Of a stretch of DNA of 64,000 nt, positions 29,312 to 39,262 are shown piece after piece. How positions within the stretch are numbered: the stretch's first letter is position 1; each line of letters begins with the position of its first letter. A program made the translations under genes and the position numbers. The notes under the pieces were generated by a model. That model did not search any database. It was not told where the DNA came from and worked only from the letters and a program-made list of their open reading frames with translations. This stretch comes from a virus (taxonomy: Duplodnaviria; Caudoviricetes): positions 128,001 to 192,000 of IMG/VR virus record IMGVR_UViG_641201006_000001. One strand, written 5' to 3'.

Positions 29312-31285
29312 TTACACCTCTTGAATTAACTCATCCGGCAACTCTTCCATAAAGCGTGAAGGTGTTTGCCAGTTATACGTACGGTTATAATCCATACGAC
29401 GCTCTGCATGAGTGAAATACAATATCTCCTGCGCACGAGTGATACCTACATACGCTAGGCGACGTTCTTCTTCTAATTGAACTGTATCAGATAGACTACG
29501 TGAATGCGGGAATAATCCCTCTTCCATACCAATCATAAATACGACTGGATACTCAAGTCCTTTCGAAGTATGAAGCGTCATTAATTGTACTTTGTCTTGA
29601 TTGACTACTTTATCTTGCTGAGATTGCAGTGCGATTTGGTCAAGGAAGTCTTGTAGATGTGGGTCTTTATTCTCTTGTTCATAACCCTTCGCAATCTTCG
29701 TTAACTCCTTGATATTATCAATACGGCGGAAGTCTTCTTCCTTACCAGTTTCCTGCAACTTCTCAATGTACTGCGTATATTTAAAGATAAGTTCTAACAT
29801 GTCTGTAATCGGTTGGTCAGATACGCTCTTACCTGCTTCATACAATGCATTTAAACGAGCGACTGTATCTGTTAATCCTACGAATGCAGCTTTCGCTTTC
29901 GCTGTCTTCGGATTGAAATACTCCACCACTTCATAGATAGACTTGTTCTTTTCGTTTGCCTTATCTTTGATTTGTTTAATCGTTGTTTTACCAACGCCCG
30001 CTTGCATGTTCAAGATACGGTCACATGCAATATCGTTGTCAGGATTAACAGCTAACTGCATCCATGACATGATGTCCTTGATTTCCTTACGTTCATAGAA
30101 GGAGAATCCGGAAACCATATTGTACGGAATGTTATGGCGGATAAACTGATCCTCAAGGAGACGAGATTGAACGTTCGTGCGATACAGAAGTGCAATGTCT
30201 TCATACTTGTATCCATCGAATGTACATAGGTTCTGAATCTCCTGTGCAATGAAGCGTGCTTCTTGTTCATCGTCCGGCGCTTCATACTTACGTATCTTCT
30301 CACCCATTCCTTTATCCGTGAAGCAAGTTTTATTCATCTGCTTCGTATTATGTTTCATGATGGCGTTACCTGCGGTTACAATCGTATTGGTAGAACGATA
30401 ATTCTGCTCTAGCTTCACGACCTTCGTACCCGGATAATCTTTTTGGAAGTTGAGTATCTTCTCAATGTTCGCTCCACGCCACCCGTATATGCCTTGATAA
30501 TCATCGCCAACGACAAATATGTTATTCTTATCGCCGACAATGTTTTTAATCATACGGTACTGACATTCATTCGTATCTTGATACTCATCACACATAATAT
30601 ACTTGTATCGTCGCTGGAACTTCCTGCGTACTTCCGTATTGCTTTCCAGTAAGATAACCATCTTCATGATTAAGTCATCAAAGTCTACGGCATTGTTACG
30701 TGCCATTCTGTCTTGATAACGCTCATAGATTCTCGCAAATGACTTATCTTGCGGTTCCATTTGCTTACGGAAATCTTTCGGCAGTATCATATCATTCTTC
30801 AAGTTACTAATACGGGACTGCGTTGCATATACGTTCTGCTTTGAGTCATCCATATTGTTACTCTTTAGTAACTCTTTAATGACTTTGTTTGTATCCTCTG
30901 AATCGAAGATCGTCCAGTTCTTTTTCAGACCTGCTTCACTATAATATTGATGTAACCAACGTACAGCTAGAGAGTGGAATGTACCAATCATAATCTTCTT
31001 GGCTCTCGCTTCTCCTACCTCATTGCCGATACGTTCCTTCATTTCTGTTGCTGCTTTATTTGTAAACGTCACGGTTAATATACGGCGTGGGTCAATACCA
31101 TTTTCTAAAATATACCCCACACGCTTTTGAAGAACCCTTGTTTTTCCACTTCCTGCTCCGGCGATAACTAAACTAGGGTTCTTTACTGTTTTAACAACCG
31201 CTTCCTTCTGAGCTGGATTCAGACCATCTAATAACTTACGTATCCGTTTCCGCTTTCTCTTTCTTTCTTCATCCATTACTACCAC
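29312..31285 (-). CDS. pcrA: PcrA/UvrD-family SF1 DNA helicase
   Basis: AGAGSGKT, TFTNKAA, DEYQDTN, VGDDYQGIYGWRGA, LEQNYRST, TLHTSKGLEY, EERRLAYVGITRA. Confidence 0.95.
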   Translation of the reverse strand: MVVMDEERKRKRKRIRKLLDGLNPAQKEAVVKTVKNPSLVIAGAGSGKTRVLQKRVGYILENGIDPRRILTVTFTNKAATEMKERIGNEVGEARAKKIMIGTFHSLAVRWLHQYYSEAGLKKNWTIFDSEDTNKVIKELLKSNNMDDSKQNVYATQSRISNLKNDMILPKDFRKQMEPQDKSFARIYERYQDRMARNNAVDFDDLIMKMVILLESNTEVRRKFQRRYKYIMCDEYQDTNECQYRMIKNIVGDKNNIFVVGDDYQGIYGWRGANIEKILNFQKDYPGTKVVKLEQNYRSTNTIVTAGNAIMKHNTKQMNKTCFTDKGMGEKIRKYEAPDDEQEARFIAQEIQNLCTFDGYKYEDIALLYRTNVQSRLLEDQFIRHNIPYNMVSGFSFYERKEIKDIMSWMQLAVNPDNDIACDRILNMQAGVGKTTIKQIKDKANEKNKSIYEVVEYFNPKTAKAKAAFVGLTDTVARLNALYEAGKSVSDQPITDMLELIFKYTQYIEKLQETGKEEDFRRIDNIKELTKIAKGYEQENKDPHLQDFLDQIALQSQQDKVVNQDKVQLMTLHTSKGLEYPVVFMIGMEEGLFPHSRSLSDTVQLEEERRLAYVGITRAQEILYFTHAERRMDYNRTYNWQTPSRFMEELPDELIQEV

Positions 31286-31296
31286 GTTGCAACCTC

Positions 31297-31422
31297 CTAT
31301 GCTGACTCTTTAATACTTTTCCATGCACCTTGCAACGCACGGTCACCGTCCATAATAGGATTATGTTCCCATACAATATCGCCGGTGTCGTTTATACTTC
31401 CTAAATAAATAACGTTCTCCAT
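31297..31422 (-). CDS. Small hypothetical protein (41 aa, below the ORF-track cutoff)
   Basis: MENVIYLGSINDTGDIVWEHNPIMDGDRALQGAWKSIKESA; AGGAGG RBS; fills the gap exactly. Confidence 0.6.
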   Translation of the reverse strand: MENVIYLGSINDTGDIVWEHNPIMDGDRALQGAWKSIKESA

Positions 31423-31433
31423 TATGTCACCTC

Positions 31434-31652
31434 CTAAAATGGAACATCAATCATGTTTTCTGGTGTTACCTCTACTGCGATGAATCCATGTTCATGTAGT
31501 GCAGGAAGTATATCAAGTTCTGTGTAATTTTCACCTTCACATACTTTACGGATAACTCCTTTAAATTCCTCTTCTGTTGCATTTGTTTCGATTAGTTTCA
31601 TCCACGTAGAACGTTTTGAATCGCTATCAAATAAACGGAATGTGTTGAACAT
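31434..31652 (-). CDS. Hypothetical protein
   Basis: Start MFNTFR after AGGAGG. Confidence 0.65.
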   Translation of the reverse strand: MFNTFRLFDSDSKRSTWMKLIETNATEEEFKGVIRKVCEGENYTELDILPALHEHGFIAVEVTPENMIDVPF

Positions 31653-31653
31653 A

Positions 31654-31902
31654 TTATGCCTCCTGTTCTTCGTATTTATCTTGATACAAGAAGAATGCGG
31701 TACTGTCTGCATGATGACTATGAATGAAGTCCGATAACTCATCATACTTGTGATGAAACCCTTCATTTGAGTATTCATCCTCAAGGTCACTTAATAATCG
31801 TTTAGCAAACTCATTGGCTTTCTTTTCATCCTTGAAGCTGTATTCACCATTATTCACGAATAATCGTTTGACTAATTCTAAGTTCTCTTTATGGTCATCC
31901 AT
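31654..31902 (-). CDS. Hypothetical protein
   Basis: Start MDDHKE after AGGAGG. Confidence 0.65.
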   Translation of the reverse strand: MDDHKENLELVKRLFVNNGEYSFKDEKKANEFAKRLLSDLEDEYSNEGFHHKYDELSDFIHSHHADSTAFFLYQDKYEEQEA

Positions 31903-31912
31903 GATGAACCTC

Positions 31913-32248
31913 CTATAATATACTGTCGTTACATGCCCATATTGCTTTTGATACATAGCGTTTATCAAACTTTTCTACGGTAGGTTCGATTGCTAGTATC
32001 TTTTCTCCACGGATTCTATTTACTGTTGAATCATCAGACTCAATTAGCTTTCGAATACCATTTTCTACACGACGAATCGCATCTGCTTCATCTTGTGCAA
32101 AGATAACAACATTCACCGCCATCCAACTTTGTGCGGAATATTGAACAACATAAGGTTCTCCATCCGGGTCACCAATTAAAAACGATTCATCTTGCTTGCG
32201 ACTCCATCTCATTGAATTAAGAAACGGGTCTGTATATAGTTCAGGCAT
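31913..32248 (-). CDS. Hypothetical protein
   Basis: Start MPELY after AAGGAGG. Confidence 0.65.
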   Translation of the reverse strand: MPELYTDPFLNSMRWSRKQDESFLIGDPDGEPYVVQYSAQSWMAVNVVIFAQDEADAIRRVENGIRKLIESDDSTVNRIRGEKILAIEPTVEKFDKRYVSKAIWACNDSIL

Positions 32249-32328
32249 AACAAACCTCCTTACTAGTTTGGCACGGGAATCCCCGTATGATAAAAAGAGA
32301 GGGAGCATTGTTACATGCCCCTCTACTG

Positions 32329-33024
32329 TTATACAATTTCAGTTGTTTCTTTCTTCTCGGCTGGCTTCTTCGCTGGTGTTTTACGTGCAGGTTTCGTCGC
32401 TGGCTTCTTATCTGCTACCGGCTTTTTCGTTGTAATCTTCTTTGCCGACGCTTTCTTCAAAGCAGCTTCTTCCTCTGCGGCAATTTGCTTCTCGATTTTC
32501 TCAAGTTCTTCGATGTCTTTCATTTCATCAGCATCTTGATACTTCGGAAGTAGTTCACCTTGTTTTACTTTCCCGCGAATCTCCTGACGTAACTGTTCAG
32601 CGAACCACGGATTATCCGTCATGAACTCACGGAACTTCGTTTTACCCGGAAACTTCAATGGTACATTCTTCGCCATCTGCGGTACTGGATCATCCTTCTT
32701 ACGAACAAGTGCCTCGGCTGCTTCAATCTGCTCACCGTCTTCTTTCTCGTAATAGAACCATGAGCCTGACTTACGCATGATGCCAGCAGGTTCAACGTTC
32801 TCCATAATCTCAGTAAGCTTATCGACACCCTCACCATAAATAACGTAATATTCACATTTTTTGTAAGGGTTGTCGTATACACATCGGTTCTTCGCAACAC
32901 GAGCGCTGATTTTCAGTCCATCGTCGTCCGTAATTGGGTCACTATCTTGTAGTTTCAGTTTATTCATACCAAAACGTAATGACGCATAGAACGCTAACGC
33001 ACGACCACCAGTTGTCACGTTTGG
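32329..33024 (-). CDS. recA: RecA, exon 2
   Basis: Begins PNVTTGGRALAFYASLR; VAKNR; KSGSWFYY; Lys/Ala/Pro-rich tail. Joins exon 1 as RFGD|PNVTTGG. Confidence 0.93.
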   Translation of the reverse strand, partial: PNVTTGGRALAFYASLRFGMNKLKLQDSDPITDDDGLKISARVAKNRCVYDNPYKKCEYYVIYGEGVDKLTEIMENVEPAGIMRKSGSWFYYEKEDGEQIEAAEALVRKKDDPVPQMAKNVPLKFPGKTKFREFMTDNPWFAEQLRQEIRGKVKQGELLPKYQDADEMKDIEELEKIEKQIAAEEEAALKKASAKKITTKKPVADKKPATKPARKTPAKKPAEKKETTEIV

Positions 33025-34137
33025 CTTACACATTTAAGTGTAATGGACTATATCTTCATCCTCTATCGAGGAGCCTTGCGCTTCGAATGGTGCTAATCTC
33101 CATCCTACTCTACTCGCTTCCATCGTATGATGTGCTTTCGATAGTCTCTACACCTTCCCTATTGGGCTTGGCACGGTATTGGGAGCCTTCCGTCCACCGT
33201 TAGCCGTCTTACGACGACACCGCTTTTGCTTGCGTTCACAAGGTTATTTTACATACCATTACTGATATGGGTGACCCAAAACTTTTGTATTTGTTGTTTC
33301 ACCTTATCTATATCATTTAACTCATCGTCTTCGATTGTTAATACACGGTATCCTTTACTGTGTAGTTCAGACAACTTACGTTTATCCTTATTTACATTCT
33401 TTTGTTTACTGTGCCAATATACACCGTTTACTTCTATCGCTAGTTTCTTACCTAAATAGAAGTCTACATTCCATCCTTCAACAACGTGATGTGTAAAATA
33501 CACGATGTCTAATTCATCAAGTATTTCTTTTACACGACGTTCAGGTGTTGTTAGATGTGTCGATGTATCAATTTGTGGCTTAAACTTACCGTGTCTTTTC
33601 TTTCTCCATCGTTGGATAGCAACATCACTTACGCCATACTTTTCAGCAAGCTCAATTGATGAATACTTTGGATTATCAATATCCTTAAAGAATGCTTCAT
33701 CTCTTGGTGTCTTCCCCGGACGATAGTGTGGGTTCTTCTCGATATATTGCTTCGTGTCGATACCCAACTTCTTCATTCGTTTCTGTACACCTGCAAGACT
33801 AATACCAATGTTATTGGCTAATTCATTTAAGGATATTTCTCCCTTCCAATCTTTAATCGCTTTACGTTGTTCTGCGTTTAGTCTATCCTTCGGTACTTTT
33901 GTAAGGTCATGCTCATCAGCGTATTTCATAAGAGCATCCTTTCCGATACCTAACTCTTTCGCAAGTTCACGTATGCTAATATCAGGAGAAGCGTAACCGT
34001 CGATAACGATTTGTTTTTGTTCAATAGATGGTGACCATGCTCGTGACATATTATTACCTCCGACTTTAAGTAGTTACATTCGTTTACTTAAAGTCTAACA
34101 TAGGTAAATACTATTGTCACGCACAAATACGAGTCCA
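33025..34137 (-). mobile_element. Group I intron in recA (1113 nt)
   Basis: 5' exon ends in U (GAT) and the intron ends in G. R element GTAGAGACTA (33142-33151) and S element AAGATATAGTCC (33045-33056) form P7. IGS TTTGGGTCACC (33270-33280) pairs with the ligated exons GGTGAT|CCAAA. Confidence 0.93.
33249..34049 (-). CDS. Intron-encoded EDxHD (Vsr-like) homing endonuclease, I-Bth0305I-like
   Basis: Three HTH-like repeats, then TPERRV (E), NVDF (D), IEVNGVYWH (H) and KDKRK (D); 266 aa. Confidence 0.88.
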   Translation of the reverse strand: MSRAWSPSIEQKQIVIDGYASPDISIRELAKELGIGKDALMKYADEHDLTKVPKDRLNAEQRKAIKDWKGEISLNELANNIGISLAGVQKRMKKLGIDTKQYIEKNPHYRPGKTPRDEAFFKDIDNPKYSSIELAEKYGVSDVAIQRWRKKRHGKFKPQIDTSTHLTTPERRVKEILDELDIVYFTHHVVEGWNVDFYLGKKLAIEVNGVYWHSKQKNVNKDKRKLSELHSKGYRVLTIEDDELNDIDKVKQQIQKFWVTHISNGM

Positions 34138-34815
34138 ATCACCGAAGCGTGAGTTTACATCTGTACGTAATTGGTTGATGAAGATTGCATACAAGTCCTT
34201 CTTACCGATAAGAGCAGTCCACTTACGCATTAGCTTACTCATCATACGAGCTTGCAGGGCGATATCAGACTGTGCTAAGTCCGTTTCAACCTCACGTTTC
34301 GGTACTAAACCAGCTACGGAGTTTACAACGAATCCTGATAAGATACCAGAACGCATTAACACTTCTAAACGGTCAATAGATTCCTCTGCACCTTTAAGCG
34401 AGATATCGACATAGATTAGACGGTCTAAGTCAATGCCGTGAACATCTCGTGCATAGTCTGGGTCGAAACTTTCTTCCGACTCAAGCCAAGCCCAAAGTGC
34501 ATCCGGATCTTGCTCCATATCTTCACCAATTGTTTCTAAACATAGTGACGTTTTTCCTGATGAGTTATTACCAAAGATTTCAGTAATACGACCACGAGGG
34601 ATACCGCCACCAGTCATGACATTGATTTCTTCGGAAGGTGTAGGCAAGAACGTTAATTTCTTTGCTACATCTTTTGCGAAACCAACCGCTGTTGAACCCG
34701 CCGTTTTATTAATACCATCCATTAACTTCATCGCAATTTTGCGTTTTTCTTCCTTCGTTAACTTCTTATCGACTTGAGTTTCTTCGGCTGTTTCTATTTG
34801 TTTCTTCTTTGCCAA
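34138..34815 (-). CDS. recA: RecA, exon 1
   Basis: GGIPRGRITEIFGNNSSGKT, ALQARMMSKLMRK, IFINQLR; TTG start after GGAGG. Confidence 0.93.
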
Positions 34816-34828
34816 TCCGATAACCTCC

Positions 34829-35146
34829 CTATAATACCTTCTTTAGCCGTTGTAGTTTCGGCTTTAGTATACGGTTGCCGAAACTGGCATAGGCTTTCTC
34901 TTTTTTCGAATATGCATCAACGTTTGCGATAATATCATCAACAATTGCAACAGGATTAGCGATGCTTGTTGCTACACCATTAAACGTACCATTTTCTACA
35001 TATTCTCCATGAACTTCTGCTATGTCTTTTGCTACTTGTGCTTTTGCATCCTTCGCACTCATGCCCTCTTCACGATAACTATTAAAGAGATAGACAATCG
35101 ACTGACGAAACATATGCTTTGCACCTAGTTGTTTTGGATTATTCAT
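34829..35146 (-). CDS. Hypothetical protein
   Basis: ORF between ssb and recA. Confidence 0.65.
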   Translation of the reverse strand: MNNPKQLGAKHMFRQSIVYLFNSYREEGMSAKDAKAQVAKDIAEVHGEYVENGTFNGVATSIANPVAIVDDIIANVDAYSKKEKAYASFGNRILKPKLQRLKKVL

Positions 35147-35267
35147 AGATTTTCGAATAACATCTCCTTCCGTTATGATGCGGAACGTCCGTTACACCCC
35201 AAGACGGGGCGAAAGGGTTCTTCGCTTTAGGCTTTAACTCGCCCACTGCAAAGACCCCTTTCGTTTC

Positions 35268-35969
35268 TCAATCTTCGTCTTCTTCGTCGAAGTAGTTGTC
35301 ATCTTCATCATCATCGAAGTCGTCATCATCATAGTCCTCTTCGTAATCCTCATCCTCGTCTTCTTCCTCACGGCGACGTTTACGAGACTTACTAGCAGGT
35401 TTCTTTTTCTTCGCACCATCAGATGCTTTACCGCTTGCACGCTTCTTACGGCGTGGAGCTTCCTCTTCTTCATCTTCATCGTGGTCATCATAATCTTCTT
35501 CCTCATCACGACGACGGCGACGCTCACTACGTGGTTTACGTTCGCTACGCTCGCTCTTGCCACGAGAAGCACCTGCACGTTTAGAACCACTAGACTTCTT
35601 ACGACGACGTGGTTTCTCTTCTTCCTCTTCATCGCCTACGACTTCACTTACAGCCTCGGACAATGCTTTTGGAAGTAAGCTAATCTTACCTGCTTTGAAC
35701 GAGATACGATCCTCTTCTGCGTCATCTGGACGGTACACATCCATTTCACAATTGACGAATGTAACCCAATGACCTACACCTGCATACTCACGTAAATACG
35801 CTGCATCGTGACCAAAGATAGTGACTGCTGGATATACGTTTGGCATATCCCCTTCTCGCACGAATTGTTTACGGCACTCAACAACTACCTTTAAGATAGC
35901 ATCCTTACCGTCCTTGTCATTGTCATGAATGATTCTTTTGATTTGCCCTGCAATATTTGCACTAAACAT
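35268..35969 (-). CDS. Putative single-stranded DNA-binding protein
   Basis: OB-fold-like N-domain (ANIAGQI...VTIFGHDAAYLREY...GHWV) with a long mixed basic/acidic tail ending DDNYFDEEDED; lies beside recA. Confidence 0.65.
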   Translation of the reverse strand: MFSANIAGQIKRIIHDNDKDGKDAILKVVVECRKQFVREGDMPNVYPAVTIFGHDAAYLREYAGVGHWVTFVNCEMDVYRPDDAEEDRISFKAGKISLLPKALSEAVSEVVGDEEEEEKPRRRKKSSGSKRAGASRGKSERSERKPRSERRRRRDEEEDYDDHDEDEEEEAPRRKKRASGKASDGAKKKKPASKSRKRRREEEDEDEDYEEDYDDDDFDDDEDDNYFDEEDED

Positions 35970-36039
35970 ATTGTGAACCTCCTAATTGTTCATTAAGTAT
36001 AGTATTTCCATTTGTAATAATCATATACACGAAAGAAAC

Positions 36040-36067
36040 GCCCTCGTACCTTTATCGCACGAGGGCA
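36040..36067 (-). terminator. Terminator after the HU gene
   Basis: GCCCTCGT-N11-ACGAGGGC followed by GTTTCTTT on the minus strand. Confidence 0.65.
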
Positions 36068-36077
36068 TCTGCCTTTA

Positions 36078-36350
36078 TTATTTTACTGCTGTTTTCAACT
36101 CTTTACCAGCTTTGAATGCCGGTACTTTTGTTGCAGCAATTTCAATTTCTTCACCAGTTTGTGGGTTACGTCCCTTACGAGCCGCACGGTCACGAGTTTC
36201 GAATGTACCAAAGCCGATTAACTGTACTTTGTTACCTTCTGCTAAAGCGTTTGTGATACCGCCAAATACTGCGTCTACAGCTTTTGTAGCATCCTTTTTA
36301 GAGATTTCTGCTGTTTCAGCTACGTGGTTGATTAATTCAGTTTTGTTCAT
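36078..36350 (-). CDS. hup: Histone-like DNA-binding protein HU
   Basis: MNKTELI...GFGTF...[17 protein letters not shown]...[11 protein letters not shown]; 90 aa. Confidence 0.95.
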   Translation of the reverse strand: MNKTELINHVAETAEISKKDATKAVDAVFGGITNALAEGNKVQLIGFGTFETRDRAARKGRNPQTGEEIEIAATKVPAFKAGKELKTAVK

Positions 36351-36427
36351 GATAAGTGTCCTCACTTTTTCTCTGATTTGTTTTGTGTTTCTAGTGTCCT
36401 TAGTAGTTGTCATTTCTGACTATCCTC

Positions 36428-36455
36428 ATTTTATCATCCATAAAAGTAATGTCAA
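36428..36455 (-). promoter_or_regulatory. SigA-type promoter upstream of HU
   Basis: TTGACA-N16-TAAAAT with TG extension. Confidence 0.65.
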
Positions 36456-36474
36456 GCCTTGACACTAAGCCATT

Positions 36475-36675
36475 TTAGAAAATAATAAACATGACAGCTC
36501 CAATAATGACAACCCACTTAAAGATACCTTTTGCTACTTCCTTGAATCCTTCCCAAAATGATTCTGCACCTTGCTTCATTCGGTCTAGACCTCGAATTGC
36601 TGATGAGCGATGCATTGGTGTGCTTTCCTTTCGCTCAATGACTTCCACTTGGTCAATCGTAATAGTTTCCATCAT
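36475..36675 (-). CDS. Small membrane-anchored protein
   Basis: C-terminal hydrophobic helix; AAGGAGG RBS. Confidence 0.65.
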   Translation of the reverse strand: MMETITIDQVEVIERKESTPMHRSSAIRGLDRMKQGAESFWEGFKEVAKGIFKWVVIIGAVMFIIF

Positions 36676-36718
36676 ATAACCTCCTTATACATAACAGGGC
36701 GTGCGAACGCCCCGTCAT

Positions 36719-39262
36719 TTAAATGATGTAGCTTTCTACATCTACCTTTCCGCTTTTACGTTTCTTCTTCCTCTTCGGCGTTGGTTCCTCGTCGAATAGA
36801 TCGGCAACTGGGTCAGCTTTCTTCACTGGTACAGATTGCTCGACTACTGCAAGTTCCTCCTTCGGAGCTTCTACCTGTGCCAAAGGCATAGTCGTCTTGA
36901 TACCCATCTGCTTTTTCAGCTTCTTCGCATCACGAACGAGAACTTTGCTTGCGATGAACTGGTCTTTCTCCTCACCATTGTAGTAGCTCTTTTCTCTATA
37001 ACCACGGACAACGACAATATTATCCTTATAGAGATGCTGACTACAAGATTTAAACACGTCAGGGAAGACCGTAAATTCTAGCGGTTCCAGTTGTGTTTCG
37101 ATTTCCACGAACGCCATATCCTCTTTGCGCTTCGTCTTGATGGTACGTACTTTTGTAATACGACCACCTACATCATACTCCTTCTTGTCACGGCGACCAC
37201 GGGATACATCCATATCAAGCAGTGGCGTAAATGGTAAGTCTTCATAAGGAGAACCGGAAACATAGATACCGATTAATTCGTGTTCCATTTGAAGCATTCG
37301 TTTTTCGTTGAACTGAGCTGGATCGTAAGCGAATGAGTGGTTCGCTTTCTCTTTCGAAGTCAACAGGTCTTCTTCCAGCCCATTCCACACTTTATCTTTA
37401 CGTAATGTAAAGTTGTAGTGGTTCAGTAAGTTATAGCGATTTCGTTCAAACGTATCAAAACAGCCGGCCTCAATGAGTGTACGTATAACACCTCTATTAA
37501 TCGGATTACTCTTCTGTTCTTCGGTCTTCACAAATTTGACAACGCATCTCGTATAGAAATCATCAAAGTCTTTATAGTCGCCATTATTATCTCTTTCACG
37601 TACGATGGCACGAACGGCTTTCTCACCAACGCCAGCGATAGAGAAGATTCCAAACCGGATTGCCCCCGCATCCGGAGAGAAATCGGCGTAAGACTTGTTA
37701 ATATCAGGTGGGAGAATGCGGATACCCATACGTTTTGCTTCTTTTAGATTCTCCATTGTCTTCTCTTTGTCACCGCCACGAACGGACAGTAACGCAGTCA
37801 TGAACTCAACGGGATAATGTACTTTCAGCCACGCAGTTTGGTATGTTTCGTCAGCGTAGCAAGCCGAGTGACTTTTATTAAAAGCGTACCCGGCAAAGGC
37901 TGCCATCTGTGAGAACAGGTTCTTTGCGAATGACTCTTTATAATTGTTTGTCACGGCTCCTACGATTTCGTGGGAATCCATTGCTTTCTTATTCTTCTTG
38001 ATTGTGTTCTCGATGTCTTGCTTACGTAAGAACAAATCATTTCCGTCATAGTCAGACTTTATGATGACGCCCTCATTGCCATCTTTATCTGTATGTTTCG
38101 GCATAGAATCGTACTTCGCAAGTAAGTTCTCGAACTTTTCAATTACATACTTATGACCATACATAAACTCGTCGTATAGCTTCGGCATTTCATCAATCTT
38201 CTTCTTACCGATGACACGACGGAAGTTGTCGGCATGACCTAAATTGTATCCTGCAATTACTTGAACCAGTCCCATGATTTGTTCTTGATAAACCATCTGA
38301 CCACGAGATTGCTTGAGTAAGGCGCGCATATCTGGATGAACATCAGAAAGGTACTCTTTTGGCTTTCGACTACCATTGAGTACATATTGTTGAGCGATTG
38401 TATTACCGTTTTCCAGAGTTGCATCTAGTGGGCCGGGACGGAATAATGCTAGAATATCAATTACTTCTTCTTGTTTTGCAGGTGCTACTTGACGGGTATA
38501 GGCTGTAATCCCTCGTCCTGCAACTTGGAACAGACCATGTGTCTCTCCCTTTGCCATAACTTCGAATGCTTTTGGATCGTCACGACCGATTGAATAAATA
38601 TCAATACGTTTGCCTGTAGATTGTTCAATAAGGTCAATTGTCGTTGAGATGATACGTAACGTGGATGTACGCAACAAGTCCATCTTTAGTAGCCCTACAG
38701 ACTCACAATCGGGATAATCCCACATCGTGATTGGTAACACTGCTTTTGATTTCTCTGTTGGTTTAATCGTTGGGCAATCCAAGTCTAGCGGACGTTTTGA
38801 AATGATGACACCGCCGGCATGAATACCACTCGTATCTATTGCACCCTCTATCTTACCTAGATAGTCATTCAGTTCAGGATACTTTGTCATCAGCTTACGG
38901 AACTGTTTACTTGCCTCGACGAACTTCGATAACGAACCGCCGTAACGAGCATAGTTCTCCGGATGAACAGAGATTTCCATCATGTCTTTGTAGGTACAGT
39001 CTTTTTGGTCTGGCATCTTTCCTTGATCGCCTGTTTCCTTTAATGTCGCTTTTACTTCATCAGCAACCTTGTAGCCATATTCCAATACCTTTTTCGGATT
39101 ATCCGGGTCACGTTTCTCAAGCGCTTTACAAATTTTATCAATCGAAGACTTCAATTTGAACTTCGTGAATGTTAAGACCTGCGCTGTTTTGTCACGTCCA
39201 TAACGCTGTGCTACGAAATCGAGCAACATGTCATGATTGTCACCAGGGAAATCGACGTCAAT
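36719..39262 (-). CDS. dnaE: DNA polymerase III alpha subunit (DnaE), exon 2
   Basis: Begins IDVDFPG; GIHAGGV, GLLKMDLL, RPGPL, YQEQIM, FAGYAFNKSHS, LPPDINKS and a C-terminal OB fold. Confidence 0.95.
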   Translation of the reverse strand: MDVDFPGDNHDMLLDFVAQRYGRDKTAQVLTFTKFKLKSSIDKICKALEKRDPDNPKKVLEYGYKVADEVKATLKETGDQGKMPDQKDCTYKDMMEISVHPENYARYGGSLSKFVEASKQFRKLMTKYPELNDYLGKIEGAIDTSGIHAGGVIISKRPLDLDCPTIKPTEKSKAVLPITMWDYPDCESVGLLKMDLLRTSTLRIISTTIDLIEQSTGKRIDIYSIGRDDPKAFEVMAKGETHGLFQVAGRGITAYTRQVAPAKQEEVIDILALFRPGPLDATLENGNTIAQQYVLNGSRKPKEYLSDVHPDMRALLKQSRGQMVYQEQIMGLVQVIAGYNLGHADNFRRVIGKKKIDEMPKLYDEFMYGHKYVIEKFENLLAKYDSMPKHTDKDGNEGVIIKSDYDGNDLFLRKQDIENTIKKNKKAMDSHEIVGAVTNNYKESFAKNLFSQMAAFAGYAFNKSHSACYADETYQTAWLKVHYPVEFMTALLSVRGGDKEKTMENLKEAKRMGIRILPPDINKSYADFSPDAGAIRFGIFSIAGVGEKAVRAIVRERDNNGDYKDFDDFYTRCVVKFVKTEEQKSNPINRGVIRTLIEAGCFDTFERNRYNLLNHYNFTLRKDKVWNGLEEDLLTSKEKANHSFAYDPAQFNEKRMLQMEHELIGIYVSGSPYEDLPFTPLLDMDVSRGRRDKKEYDVGGRITKVRTIKTKRKEDMAFVEIETQLEPLEFTVFPDVFKSCSQHLYKDNIVVVRGYREKSYYNGEEKDQFIASKVLVRDAKKLKKQMGIKTTMPLAQVEAPKEELAVVEQSVPVKKADPVADLFDEEPTPKRKKKRKSGKVDVESYII

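Noticed and set aside
35234-35632. Alternative-frame minus-strand ORF inside the ssb tail (similarly 21348-21878, 30052-30303, 42909-43169)
   Set aside because: These are frame-shifted readings of low-complexity or conserved coding sequence with no independent evidence. A short 3' part of 42909-43169 cannot be fully excluded.
36351-36413. 21-aa N-terminal extension of HU
   Set aside because: The canonical MNKTELI start has its own GAGG-type RBS, and the upstream ATG lies only about 15 nt from the predicted -10 element.
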